Made by a program: the position numbers and the translations under genes. DNA of 27,149 nt. Origin: Candidatus Micrarchaeota archaeon. Its GTDB lineage: Archaea > Micrarchaeota > Micrarchaeia > Anstonellales > Bilamarchaeaceae. Within the stretch, counting starts at the first letter, position 1. Every line of letters begins with the position of its first letter. The notes below the pieces were generated by a model, which saw nothing but the letters and a program-made list of their open reading frames with translations, had not been told where the DNA came from and made no database searches. Positions 15,603-25,372 of this stretch are shown in pieces. The DNA lies in NCBI GenBank assembly GCA_018304385.1, contig JAGVWJ010000018.1, positions 1 to 27,149 on the forward strand, read 5' to 3'.

Positions 15603-17618
15603 TTGATGGAAATTGTATTGTTTGCATTCTTAGCAGGTGTTATAACGCTTTTATATGCGGGGTGGCTTGTCTATAAAATTTTAAATGCATCAAAAGGAAA
15701 TGAAAAGATGCAGAATATCGCCGCTGCGATTCAAGAGGGAGCAAACGCATTTTTATCAAGGCAGTATAAATACCTTGCAGTAATTGCTCTTATTGTAGCA
15801 GTATTGATCTATTTCTTTATTGGATTTAATACCTCTATTGCATTTTTAGTTGGCGTAATTTCCAGTGCGCTTGCAGGATATATAGGAATGCAGGTTAGCG
15901 TTCGCACTAATTTACGTGTAGCAGAAGCAGCAAAAACTGGTTTGGCAAAGGCATTGTCATTATCATTTAGCGGCGGTGCAGTTACTGGTATGGCGCTTGC
16001 TGGTTTAGGCTTAATTGGTATAAGCACACTCTATTATTTATTTGGCAGTTTATTACCGCTTATTGGTTATGGGTTTGGCGCATCGCTTATTAGCTTGTTC
16101 GCGCGTGTTGGCGGAGGCATTTATACCAAAGCAGCTGATGTTGGCGCGGATTTAGTTGGCAAGGTTGAAAAAGGCATTCCAGAAGATGATCCTAGAAACC
16201 CTGCTGTAATTGCAGATAATGTTGGCGATAATGTTGGCGATTGCGCTGGTATGGCTGCTGATGTTTTTGAAAGTTTTGTTGTAACTGTTATTGCTGCAAT
16301 GCTTCTAGGTGCAACAGGGGCTGCATTATTTGGCAGTGATAAAAGTACATTCATTAATCTTCCATTAGCAATTGCAGCTCTTGGCGTGCTATCTAGTATT
16401 GCTGGCAGCTTCGCTGTTCGTGTAGGAAAGGATAAAAATATCATGAGAGCATTTTACAAAGGCATTGGATTAACTGCATTTGTTATGATTGTTTTATCCT
16501 ATTTATACTTGTTTAATTATTCAGGAATAGATGCTAGCGTGCAGAATAATCTATTTGTTAGTATAATAATTGGCGTGCTTGTAACTGCATTAATATTTTG
16601 GATAACTGAATATTATACTGCTAAAGAGTATGCTCCTGTTAAGGAGATTGCAAGGCAATCGCAGACTGGCGCGGGTACAAATCTTATTTCTGGTCTGGCA
16701 ATAGGCATGCAAAGTACGCTTTTTCCTGTTTTGCTTATTGTTGTTGCATTAGCATCATCTTATTATGTTGGCGGTATTTATGGCACAGCGCTTGCAGCAG
16801 CAGCAATGCTTTCTCTTAGCGCAATAGTTATTGCAATAGATGCATATGGTCCAATTACTGATAATGCTGGCGGTATAGCTGAGATGAGCGGCTTGCCTAA
16901 TAGCGTGCGTAAGATAACTGATGAGTTGGATGCAGTAGGCAATACAACTAAGGCAACTACTAAAGGATTTGCAATTGCTGGTGCAGCGCTTGGTGCGCTT
17001 GCATTATTCGCTGCATTCGCAGAAGAAGTGCATATAGAATCTGTTAATCTGCTTGCGCCTGCAACTACAATTGGTTTATTCATTGGCGCGCTTTTACCAT
17101 TTTTATTTTCCAGCATGCTTATGAAAGCAGTTGGCCGCGCAGCAGATGAAATAGTTCGCGAGGTTCGCCGCCAGTTTAAAGAAATAAAAGGTTTAATGCA
17201 AGGAAAGGCAAAACCAAATTATGCTAAATGCGTCGATATATCAACTAAAACAGCATTGCGCGAGCTTGTTATTCCTGGCGTTATTGCAGTTGCAACTCCT
17301 TTGCTAGTTGGTTATTTGTTTGGTGCGCAGGCACTCGCAGGACTACTTGCCGGAACAATTGCTAGTGGATTGCTATTAGCATTGTTTATGACAACTGCAG
17401 GCGCAGCATGGGATAATGCTAAGAAGCTTATAGAAACTGGCTTATATGGCGGAAAAGGAAGCGATGCACATAAGGCTGCGATAGTAGGCGATACAGTTGG
17501 CGATCCATTAAAGGATACTGCTGGACCAGCGTTAAACGCATTAATAAAGGTAATTAACACTGTTTCACTTGTTTTTGGTTCTATGATACTGGCAAATTCA
17601 TTGAATTTGATTGGGTGA
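15603..17618 (+). CDS. hppA: Membrane-bound proton-translocating pyrophosphatase (K+-independent type)
   Basis: 'GGGIYTKAADVGADLVGKVE', 'DNVGDNVGD', 'DAYGPITDNAGGIAEM', 'GNTTKA', 'GDTVGDPLKDT'; SD GAGGTG at 15595-15600. Confidence 0.96.
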   Translation: MMEIVLFAFLAGVITLLYAGWLVYKILNASKGNEKMQNIAAAIQEGANAFLSRQYKYLAVIALIVAVLIYFFIGFNTSIAFLVGVISSALAGYIGMQVSVRTNLRVAEAAKTGLAKALSLSFSGGAVTGMALAGLGLIGISTLYYLFGSLLPLIGYGFGASLISLFARVGGGIYTKAADVGADLVGKVEKGIPEDDPRNPAVIADNVGDNVGDCAGMAADVFESFVVTVIAAMLLGATGAALFGSDKSTFINLPLAIAALGVLSSIAGSFAVRVGKDKNIMRAFYKGIGLTAFVMIVLSYLYLFNYSGIDASVQNNLFVSIIIGVLVTALIFWITEYYTAKEYAPVKEIARQSQTGAGTNLISGLAIGMQSTLFPVLLIVVALASSYYVGGIYGTALAAAAMLSLSAIVIAIDAYGPITDNAGGIAEMSGLPNSVRKITDELDAVGNTTKATTKGFAIAGAALGALALFAAFAEEVHIESVNLLAPATTIGLFIGALLPFLFSSMLMKAVGRAADEIVREVRRQFKEIKGLMQGKAKPNYAKCVDISTKTALRELVIPGVIAVATPLLVGYLFGAQALAGLLAGTIASGLLLALFMTTAGAAWDNAKKLIETGLYGGKGSDAHKAAIVGDTVGDPLKDTAGPALNALIKVINTVSLVFGSMILANSLNLIG

Positions 17619-17622
17619 AAAC

Positions 17623-17826
17623 ATGCTTTACTGCCCTAAATGCAAAAAAGAGGTTGTAATATTTGGAGTTTCTTCTGGCGCATCAGATGCAGATGAGATA
17701 GCGAAATCTGCGCGAGATGCAGCAGAAAAAGATGGCAAGCTGATTTTGTTTAATCCACCGCCATTTGGGCCATACACCTGTCCTAATTTTTGTATGACTA
17801 AATTAGTTGAGAAAAAGGGAAAATAA
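17623..17826 (+). CDS. Small zinc-ribbon protein
   Basis: MLYCPKCKKEV...YTCPNFC (CxxC...CxxxC); ATG at 17623, directly after the hppA stop. Confidence 0.65.
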   Translation: MLYCPKCKKEVVIFGVSSGASDADEIAKSARDAAEKDGKLILFNPPPFGPYTCPNFCMTKLVEKKGK

Positions 17827-17851
17827 ATATTTATCTATTCTTATTTAACCC

Positions 17852-18937
17852 ATGCAGCGCATCATTCTTCACATAGATTTCGATTATTTCTACGCACAGG
17901 TAGAAGAAACTGTTAGGCCTAATGCAAAAAATAAGCCAATAGTTGTATGCATGTTCTCTGGTAGAACCGCAGAGAGTGGAGCAGTTGCAACCTGTAATTA
18001 TTTAGCAAGAAAATTTGGAGTAAAGGCAGGTATTCCAATAATAAATGCAAAGCGCATGCTTAAAGATATAGAAGCGTTATTCCTTCCAGCAAACCATCAA
18101 CTCTATGCAGAAACTTCTTATAAAGCAATGGAAATTCTAGAACAATTTGCAGATAAATTTGAACCAGCGAGCATTGATGAAGCATTTTTGGATGTAACGA
18201 AAAAAACAAATTCTAACTTCGCTAAAGCGAAAGCGCTAGCAAAAGAAATCAAAAAGGAAATAAAAAAGAAACTAAATCTTACCTGCAGCATTGGCGTAGC
18301 ACCAAATAAATTAGTTGCAAAAATAGCTAGCGATTTTCAAAAGCCAGATGGGCTCACAATAGTAAAACCAGAAGAAGTCGATTCTTTTCTTGGCTACTTG
18401 GATGTTGATAAAATTCCAGGTATTGGAAAGAAAACAAAAGAATATTTGGAAACACTTAGTGTAAAAACTGTTTCTGATCTAAAAAATCATGATCCAACTG
18501 ATATTGTAGAGAAATTCGGAAAGAACATTGGCGCATGGCTTGTTCGGGCAGCTCGAGGCGAAGATGATTCAGAAGTCGGCATTATTCAAGATCAAAAACA
18601 AATAAGTAGGATTGCAACACTTAAACGAAATTCGCGCGATTTTGAAGAGTTTGTAGGTGATATTGATTATTTAATTAATGACGTAGTCAGTGAATTAAAA
18701 GATCGCGATCTCTTATGCGAAACAGTTGGAATAATTGCAATAGATGAGGAATTGCAAACAATAAGTAGATCGCGCACATTGCAAAGGCCAACAAATAACT
18801 TAGATGAGATAAAGCGAATAGTACATGGGCTGTACAAAGAGTTACTATCTCAAATTGCTAAGGATATTCGTCGTATTGGGGTTAAAGTCGAGAAGTTGCA
18901 GAGCAAGGCAGGACAAAAAACTTTAGGCGAATTTTAG
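17852..18937 (+). CDS. dinB: Y-family DNA polymerase IV (DinB/Dpo4)
   Basis: 'ILHIDFDYFYAQVE', 'ATCNYLARKFGVKAG', 'SIDEAFLD', 'SIGVAPNKLVAKIASD', 'IPGIGKK'; C-terminal PIP-like 'QKTLGEF'. Confidence 0.96.
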   Translation: MQRIILHIDFDYFYAQVEETVRPNAKNKPIVVCMFSGRTAESGAVATCNYLARKFGVKAGIPIINAKRMLKDIEALFLPANHQLYAETSYKAMEILEQFADKFEPASIDEAFLDVTKKTNSNFAKAKALAKEIKKEIKKKLNLTCSIGVAPNKLVAKIASDFQKPDGLTIVKPEEVDSFLGYLDVDKIPGIGKKTKEYLETLSVKTVSDLKNHDPTDIVEKFGKNIGAWLVRAARGEDDSEVGIIQDQKQISRIATLKRNSRDFEEFVGDIDYLINDVVSELKDRDLLCETVGIIAIDEELQTISRSRTLQRPTNNLDEIKRIVHGLYKELLSQIAKDIRRIGVKVEKLQSKAGQKTLGEF

Positions 18938-18991
18938 TGACACATATTTAAATATAGCGTAATCTAAATATTTTAAGGCGATCGTGAGAAT

Positions 18992-19399
18992 ATGCAACTT
19001 CCAGAGAGCCCTATACGTAAAAAGATAAAAACTACAAATACGCTAGCTAATATGTTAGAATCAGTTGAGCCGATTAACTTTGCTAATAATCTAAATGATA
19101 TAGATACTATTTCTAGCTTTAAAGCAGATTGGGATGTTGAAAAATACGAGAAAAAAGAAAAAGAAATTCCAGAGTTGCTCTACCACATTTTGAAAAAAGA
19201 ATCTAATACTTTTACAAAGCTGGTTAAGCGCGATTATTTTGAAGAAGATGCTTGGCTAGTTACTATTAATAATAAAGAATTTGATTATTTATCTGATTTT
19301 GGCCATGATTTAGTTGAAGACATACCGCCATTTGTAAAGATTCATGTTCCTAAGATATTTGTAAGAACGCTAGCTTTGCCAATGATTGGAAATCATTAG
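18992..19399 (+). CDS. Hypothetical protein
   Basis: 135-aa ORF filling the gap; 4-nt convergent overlap with the next gene; no motif recognised. Confidence 0.55.
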   Translation: MQLPESPIRKKIKTTNTLANMLESVEPINFANNLNDIDTISSFKADWDVEKYEKKEKEIPELLYHILKKESNTFTKLVKRDYFEEDAWLVTINNKEFDYLSDFGHDLVEDIPPFVKIHVPKIFVRTLALPMIGNH

Positions 19400-20940
19400 G
19401 CTACTGCTTTCATTCTAGCTCTAGAGTGACCGGTAAATCTAGCGAATCTAACTACTTTTTCATCTTCCATTTGTCTTAGACAAAATTGCTTATATAAATT
19501 CAAAACATTAGATGGATTTCTCCAAGTTCTAGCTTCTTCTTGCGTAAACAGCTCTTTACCAGTAGTTTCTTTAAATGCTTTTTCTGTTTCTTCAATCTTT
19601 TTAGCCCATTTTGTTTCTATTTGTCTTTCAGATAATTGGCTGCTAAAACCTCTTTCGGTTGCCTCAATAATTGCCCTGAATAACAGGTCTTTAATATGAA
19701 ATCTTACTAGTTCTGCATGGTGCGAAGGTATTCTAGTATTTTCATCCTTTTTGTCATTCTTTCCTTTTTCGCTTTCTTCTAATTCACATATTCTTAAGGT
19801 TCCTTTAGCGAGCATGCTTGCCTTTGTTAAATATGGGCTTACTGTTTGCTTAGCATTTTTTGGTTCTTCTTTTCTTTTTATTTTTAATGCCTTTGCAATT
19901 TCTAATGAGAAGATAAAGCGCAGCGGTATGGAATTTGAAAGTGGAGGGGTAATCCTTTCTATTTCCAATTTGATTTTTTCTCTTTCTTTTTCTTCTTCAG
20001 TTCTTAATAATAATTCTGTATAAGCTCTTTCTGTATTTCCGACTCCGTCCAAGTATTCTTTGTTTAATTGTTCACGCCATCGCTCCCATTTTCCATCTAT
20101 GGTATGGCCAGTGGACGTTACAGCTTGCAGGTCCATTTCCACTATTTTTGCAGTAAGTGACTGCATTGTATGCGCCATTAGAAATTTTAATTCAAGTATG
20201 TGAAATCCGCCATTTCTTAAAATACCATGTGCTTCTTTACCCAAACCTTCTATATTAGAGGCAATCTCATCAACAGCCGCCTTGTATCTTTCGATTAATA
20301 CCCGTGCTTCTTCTGGAAAACCAAAATCCTTCATAATCTCTAATACACGTTTGCACTCATCACTATTAGCCGCACGCTTCTTTGCGCTTGCATAAACCTC
20401 TTCAGGCATTATATCATAAACAGCTGAGCATTGCTCCAGATCAGTAAGTTTTGTAGGGAATAAACTTGCCATCCAATTTAGATATGGGCCAAGAATGCCT
20501 TCTAGTTTTGCAACGCCCCATTCTAGTATGTTTGCTTCTTTATGCCCTATTATTAGACTTTCTCCGTATTCATGTACAGCTACCTTATCCCTAAATGGTG
20601 GATGAAAATAATCCTTAAAATAATCAACAACCACAAATCGCAAAGGCTCGCCAATAACCTCGCCAGTTAGCGGATGGCATTTAAAAATAGTAAATCCAGG
20701 TCCCCATTCCAGCATTTTCTTTGTTAGATGGCTTCTTCTAATTGCTGCGTATTCGAATTTTAAGCCGTGCGCTTCGTATGTTTCTTTTTTCGCTTTCGTA
20801 TATAAACCAGTGAAAAAATCTACTAACTTTAGATAGAGTTGTAGGCTTAGCTGCTGTGTGAGAACTAATCTTTGGCTAAGCTCTAGTTTTTGCGTCATTT
20901 GTAGCTGCTGGCTGAGCGTTTGTCTAAGCGTTAGTTCCAT
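19396..20940 (-). CDS. Orphan protein with sigma-54 Region-I-like Q/L-rich N-terminus and an HExxE...H...E motif
   Basis: N-terminus MELTLRQTLSQQLQMTQKLELSQRLVLTQQL; internal 'VAVHEYGESLIIGHKEANILE'; mostly helical remainder. Confidence 0.7.
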   Translation of the reverse strand: MELTLRQTLSQQLQMTQKLELSQRLVLTQQLSLQLYLKLVDFFTGLYTKAKKETYEAHGLKFEYAAIRRSHLTKKMLEWGPGFTIFKCHPLTGEVIGEPLRFVVVDYFKDYFHPPFRDKVAVHEYGESLIIGHKEANILEWGVAKLEGILGPYLNWMASLFPTKLTDLEQCSAVYDIMPEEVYASAKKRAANSDECKRVLEIMKDFGFPEEARVLIERYKAAVDEIASNIEGLGKEAHGILRNGGFHILELKFLMAHTMQSLTAKIVEMDLQAVTSTGHTIDGKWERWREQLNKEYLDGVGNTERAYTELLLRTEEEKEREKIKLEIERITPPLSNSIPLRFIFSLEIAKALKIKRKEEPKNAKQTVSPYLTKASMLAKGTLRICELEESEKGKNDKKDENTRIPSHHAELVRFHIKDLLFRAIIEATERGFSSQLSERQIETKWAKKIEETEKAFKETTGKELFTQEEARTWRNPSNVLNLYKQFCLRQMEDEKVVRFARFTGHSRARMKAVA

Positions 20941-21018
20941 AATTAGTATCTATGTTGTAATAATTTTAAAAGCATGCTCATAGCTCACTGCCCAGGGCTC
21001 ATTGCTGAAGGCAGTAAA

Positions 21019-24000
21019 CTATCTTCTCTCCCCATAATCCTTTATGAATCTGCGATATTCGTTTAGAAGTTCCTCTGTTATGCTTGCCTTTCTCTTAGAA
21101 ACTACAGATAAGACCATTTCAGTTGTTAATGCTGTAGCCCTACCAGCAAGCTTTTCGCGAAGCGCTTCCATTTTTGCTGATTGACAAGCGCTTGCAATAT
21201 CAGCACCGCTGAATCCTGGTGTAGCCTCTGCTAATTTATTAAGATCAGCACCTTCAGCAAACTTGCCTAAGTGGATCTTAAACATATCTACCCTGCCTTT
21301 AAGATCTGGTGGAGGGATATAAAATATTTTATCAAATCTTCCAGGACGTAAAATAGCTGGATCTAAAAGCACTGGTTTATTTGTTGCTGCGATAACTACA
21401 ACACCCTTTAGTTCTTTTAGTCCATCCATCTCAGTTAAAAACTGCCCAAGTATTTCAGAGCTTCCAACACTGCGTGCAGGTGCAAATGTTTCTATTTCAT
21501 CTACGAATACTATTGCAGGTGCGTTTTCGCGCCCACGATTAAATGTTTCTTTAATAATGGTAACTGCTTGTGTATACCCTTGTTTCATAAGCTCTGCAGC
21601 GCTGAGCGTTTGGAAACTACATTTAAGCTCAGTGCTAGCTGCCTTAACTATAAGTGTTTTACCGGTACCAGGTGGTCCAAACAAAAGAATACCTTTGCTT
21701 GGTTTTACTTTAAACTCTTTCATCTCTGCTTCATGTAATAGTGGCAGTTCAATTGTTTCAAGCAATGCCTGTTTAACCTGATCCAAACCTGCTACGTCTT
21801 GCCAGCGCGTTGCATCTTCTTTTTTCTCCTCAACCTTTCCACCAACGCGTCGTTCGAAATCCATCTTGAATTGTTCATAAGTTTCTAGGCTCGCCAGGCT
21901 TGTGCTTGGTTTAATGCTTTGGACAACTGTCATCAAGTGCTGCATGGAAATCGGCACAATAGCACCAGTTGTGCTTGCTTCTTTTGCAGCCATTTTTATT
22001 GCCTCTTGTGTTACGTTCTTTAGATCAGCACCACTAAAGCGCTCTGTTTTTGCAGCTAATTTATCCAAGTCAATATCATTGGCAAGTGGTACTTTCTTTA
22101 GATGAACCTTTAATATTGCCTTGCGCGCATCTTTATCTGGTACGTGCATATAAATTATTTTATCAAATCTTCCAGGTCGCAAAAGTGCAGGATCAAGTTG
22201 GTCAGGTAGGTTTGTTGCGCCAATTATCATAAGCGGTTTTTTATCATTTTTGAGTCCATCCATTTCTTGCAATAACACACTAAGAACGCGTGGCGTAACT
22301 TCATCAGTGCTATAACCGCCACGTTTTTTTCCAATGCTATCTATTTCATCAAAAAATAGAATTGAAGGCGCACTCGCACGTGCTAATTTAAATATCTCTG
22401 AGACATTTTTTTCGCTATTATGTGCAAAAATTCCCCCAAAACCAGCAACAAAATTTTGGTTTGGCTCAACAGAGATATCATAAACAAATTCTTCATCTTC
22501 AACACGCTTAATTTCTTCAACGCGATCTAAATAAACATCGTTTTCTATCATTTCTAAAAACTCTAATTCTTCTTCCATTCCGCTAGCAGCTAACATTTCC
22601 TTTCCTATAGATGTAGAAACATTCCATTTTGGTAAGTTATTGGTAATAATAGACTTTAAGTTTCCAGTTATTGGTACTTGTTCGCTTCTTGCCCATTTAA
22701 CATTTTTTATATATTCTTGTAGTTTATTGTTTCTATAAGTATCAAAAAATCCAATTTGACTGAACTTATTTAGCCAATTATGTCCAGTAAACATAATTCT
22801 TGTAGATATATTACCAGTCCATTCTTTTTTCTCATAAATACTTCCAACTATTCCAAAATATAATAGCATATAAAGTGTGTCATTCGCCAATTGTTTGCTA
22901 ACAGTGCTTGCTTCAATCATTCCAACATTATGCTTATTCGTATAGAAGCTTCCATCACCGCTAAAGTAACCTCTTAATAGTGCACTAATATTTTCTTTGC
23001 TAAATGTAAAAGCTATCTCCGGAACTTTCTTCTTGTCTGCCCCATCTTCTAAACATAAAATATATCTAAAAAATACATAAAGTGGTCTAGATCCAATATA
23101 AATATCCGCACCATTTCCTTTTTTGTAAATAGTTACATGGCCAAAAAGTTCTCTACATAGATCTACAATTTTTTGTGATTCCTTATAAGAAGTACTTATT
23201 CTTACTGTGTCCTTTCTATTATAGCTACCCTCAGCAATCCATAGGCCTATGAACGTAGCTAGTTTTTCGTCTATTTTGATTATACCAGGTAGTCTTTTAC
23301 TTCCTGCCCCAATTAAAATGTCATTTTCGTTAAAACTTATTCTAGCTCTTTTCATAAGTTCCAAAAATAATTTTATTCTTACCCCTACCTTTCTTCTTAT
23401 AACACTTTCTAAATAACTTGTCTTGTTATAGCCAAGAATATTCGCAACATTCTCCTTCCCTAATTTTTCCATCGCTTCCTTTATGTATCGTGCAGCGTTT
23501 TTTACAAATAACCCGTGATCACTTTCCTCTAATTTTTCAAGGAAGTTTATTTTGGTAATTGGTTTCTGAGAAAAATTAATTTTATTTGGAATTGCGATAT
23601 AAGATATCTTTGGAATCAATTTTGAAGTTTCAATACTTTCTATTTTTGTACCGTTTAATGTGAAAAGTGAATGGTCACCAGTTACTTTTATTCTTCTCCC
23701 AGTTCGTGTTTTTATTTCATAAAGCGGAGAACTGCGGGCATGTTTTATGTGGCCAGTAATATCTTTGAAATTAGTTTTTCCATGCGAATCGAAACATAAT
23801 ACCTTTGCATTTATTTTATTCTCTACAATATTATCGATTCTTTCGAACTTTATTTTTCCATCTTGTTCTATAATTAATTTCTCTGATCCCGGTAGTGATT
23901 CTCCAAACCATTGAGATAAAATATCGCTTGCCTTAATATAATAAAATCCGTATTTCAATTCTTTGGCTAATGCGCGCATAAGCATTGTTTTACCTGTACC

Positions 24001-25197
24001 TGGTGGCCCAAACAAAAGAATGCCAGAAGGAGGTTTTATCCCATAAGTATATGCAAGTTCTTTTCTTTCAAGTGGCATTAGAATTGCATCACGTAATTCT
24101 TGTTTAACATCCTCATAACCACCAAGGTCAGCCATTGATTTTTCAGAACTGCCAGCAGCAAGATCCTGCAAACCAAACTTGCCAAATGTAGCAGTGCGCT
24201 CAGCGCGCCTTGCTTCTTCTTCTCTTGAGATTTTTATTCCAAAAGAATCCAATATTCCAACAAAAGCAATAGTTGCACCAACTACGAATGCAATTTCAAT
24301 TCTAAATGTACCAGGTACAAGTGTGCTAAATCCATAGTACATTCCAACAATTAGTAGCAACGCCAGGCTTGCAATTGCCTGCGACCATTTTCCTTTAATA
24401 ACTCCAGATAGATAACCAACCAGATAAAGTGCGATTGACCATCCGATTAACTGTAACAAACCAGTATCTCTAAACAATATTTTTACTATAGTGTCCATTA
24501 TATGGCCTAATGCAGCATTTAAATTACCTAATTTTTCAAATGAAAAAAGTGAACCAAGCGCGCCAGCAATAGCAGAAGGTACATCTTGAATCTCAACAAC
24601 AGGTTTGCTTATCTTAAGGCTGTCTTCTCCTGGTTTATATAAATCTAAATTTGCTGGTAAATATGCATTATTTGGAATAAGCCATATTGCTGATAAGAAT
24701 AAAATTAGCATTACTGATGGAATGGATATTGCAATACTTTTCTTAGAACCAAAGAGCATTGTACCAATTGTCATTCCTAAAACAGTAACCCACCCAAAAA
24801 ACGGAAGGTTACCAAAGCTAAATGGCGCCATTGTTAATATCTGTACAAAGGATATTATGAGCCAGTTTTTGTCCATTGTAAATAGTACAACAGCAATTAG
24901 CAAGGTAAATATTAAACCAAAAACTGTGCTTTGATATGCTACAGCAGGAAATGCGAATAGCATGCTTAGTAATGTGCCAAACCAAGGCATCTTATATCCG
25001 ACAAAACCACATACTGCTGCGAGTATAAATACTAAATAAACTGGATAAAAAGGAATTGCAGCTAATAAAAATAGTGCTCCTAAAAAAACAATTAGTGAAT
25101 GCCACATGCCTTCGTTTTCTTGCATCATTCTTAGGTACGCAGAAACCTTTTGTTCTGTTAGGCTTTTTCCTTGTAGTCCTTGCATTGATGGCGCCAT
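21019..25197 (-). CDS. Polytopic membrane-anchored tandem AAA+ ATPase (CDC48/p97-like D1-D2), intein-containing; mature ~898 aa
   Basis: About 320-aa multi-TM N-terminus; two 'GILLFGPPGTGKT' Walker A motifs; Walker B 'FFDEID' and 'FVDEIE'; two SRH motifs 'ATN...DPALLRPGRFD'. Confidence 0.9.
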   Translation of the reverse strand: MAPSMQGLQGKSLTEQKVSAYLRMMQENEGMWHSLIVFLGALFLLAAIPFYPVYLVFILAAVCGFVGYKMPWFGTLLSMLFAFPAVAYQSTVFGLIFTLLIAVVLFTMDKNWLIISFVQILTMAPFSFGNLPFFGWVTVLGMTIGTMLFGSKKSIAISIPSVMLILFLSAIWLIPNNAYLPANLDLYKPGEDSLKISKPVVEIQDVPSAIAGALGSLFSFEKLGNLNAALGHIMDTIVKILFRDTGLLQLIGWSIALYLVGYLSGVIKGKWSQAIASLALLLIVGMYYGFSTLVPGTFRIEIAFVVGATIAFVGILDSFGIKISREEEARRAERTATFGKFGLQDLAAGSSEKSMADLGGYEDVKQELRDAILMPLERKELAYTYGIKPPSGILLFGPPGTGKTMLMRALAKELKYGFYYIKASDILSQWFGESLPGSEKLIIEQDGKIKFERIDNIVENKINAKVLCFDSHGKTNFKDITGHIKHARSSPLYEIKTRTGRRIKVTGDHSLFTLNGTKIESIETSKLIPKISYIAIPNKINFSQKPITKINFLEKLEESDHGLFVKNAARYIKEAMEKLGKENVANILGYNKTSYLESVIRRKVGVRIKLFLELMKRARISFNENDILIGAGSKRLPGIIKIDEKLATFIGLWIAEGSYNRKDTVRISTSYKESQKIVDLCRELFGHVTIYKKGNGADIYIGSRPLYVFFRYILCLEDGADKKKVPEIAFTFSKENISALLRGYFSGDGSFYTNKHNVGMIEASTVSKQLANDTLYMLLYFGIVGSIYEKKEWTGNISTRIMFTGHNWLNKFSQIGFFDTYRNNKLQEYIKNVKWARSEQVPITGNLKSIITNNLPKWNVSTSIGKEMLAASGMEEELEFLEMIENDVYLDRVEEIKRVEDEEFVYDISVEPNQNFVAGFGGIFAHNSEKNVSEIFKLARASAPSILFFDEIDSIGKKRGGYSTDEVTPRVLSVLLQEMDGLKNDKKPLMIIGATNLPDQLDPALLRPGRFDKIIYMHVPDKDARKAILKVHLKKVPLANDIDLDKLAAKTERFSGADLKNVTQEAIKMAAKEASTTGAIVPISMQHLMTVVQSIKPSTSLASLETYEQFKMDFERRVGGKVEEKKEDATRWQDVAGLDQVKQALLETIELPLLHEAEMKEFKVKPSKGILLFGPPGTGKTLIVKAASTELKCSFQTLSAAELMKQGYTQAVTIIKETFNRGRENAPAIVFVDEIETFAPARSVGSSEILGQFLTEMDGLKELKGVVVIAATNKPVLLDPAILRPGRFDKIFYIPPPDLKGRVDMFKIHLGKFAEGADLNKLAEATPGFSGADIASACQSAKMEALREKLAGRATALTTEMVLSVVSKRKASITEELLNEYRRFIKDYGERR
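22417..23898 (-). mobile_element. Intein with LAGLIDADG homing endonuclease (494 aa)
   Basis: Inserted at QWFGE|SEKNV. Begins SLPGSEK and ends 'VYDISVEPNQNFVAGFGGIFAHN' with +1 Ser. Block B 'IKVTGDHSLF'; endonuclease motifs 'FIGLWIAEGS' and 'LLRGYFSGDGS'. Confidence 0.95.
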
Positions 25198-25372
25198 GAA
25201 GGATTTGGGAAGATGTATATTAAAATCTTTTCTAATGTATTTCTGGAAAGCGATGAGCTATGGACCAAACGTTTGCTCACTGCCCACTGCTAAAAGCTGA
25301 GGGCCATATTTTTAAGGTTTTAGTTACATAATATTATTAAAGTTGGTTATTACTGTTTAGAGAAGGTAATGC

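Noticed and set aside
25250-25300. Possible C/D box sRNA (GCGATGA ... CTGA)
   Set aside because: Box C is imperfect and no D'/C' boxes or identifiable guide could be found; kept only as part of the 12-bp motif finding.
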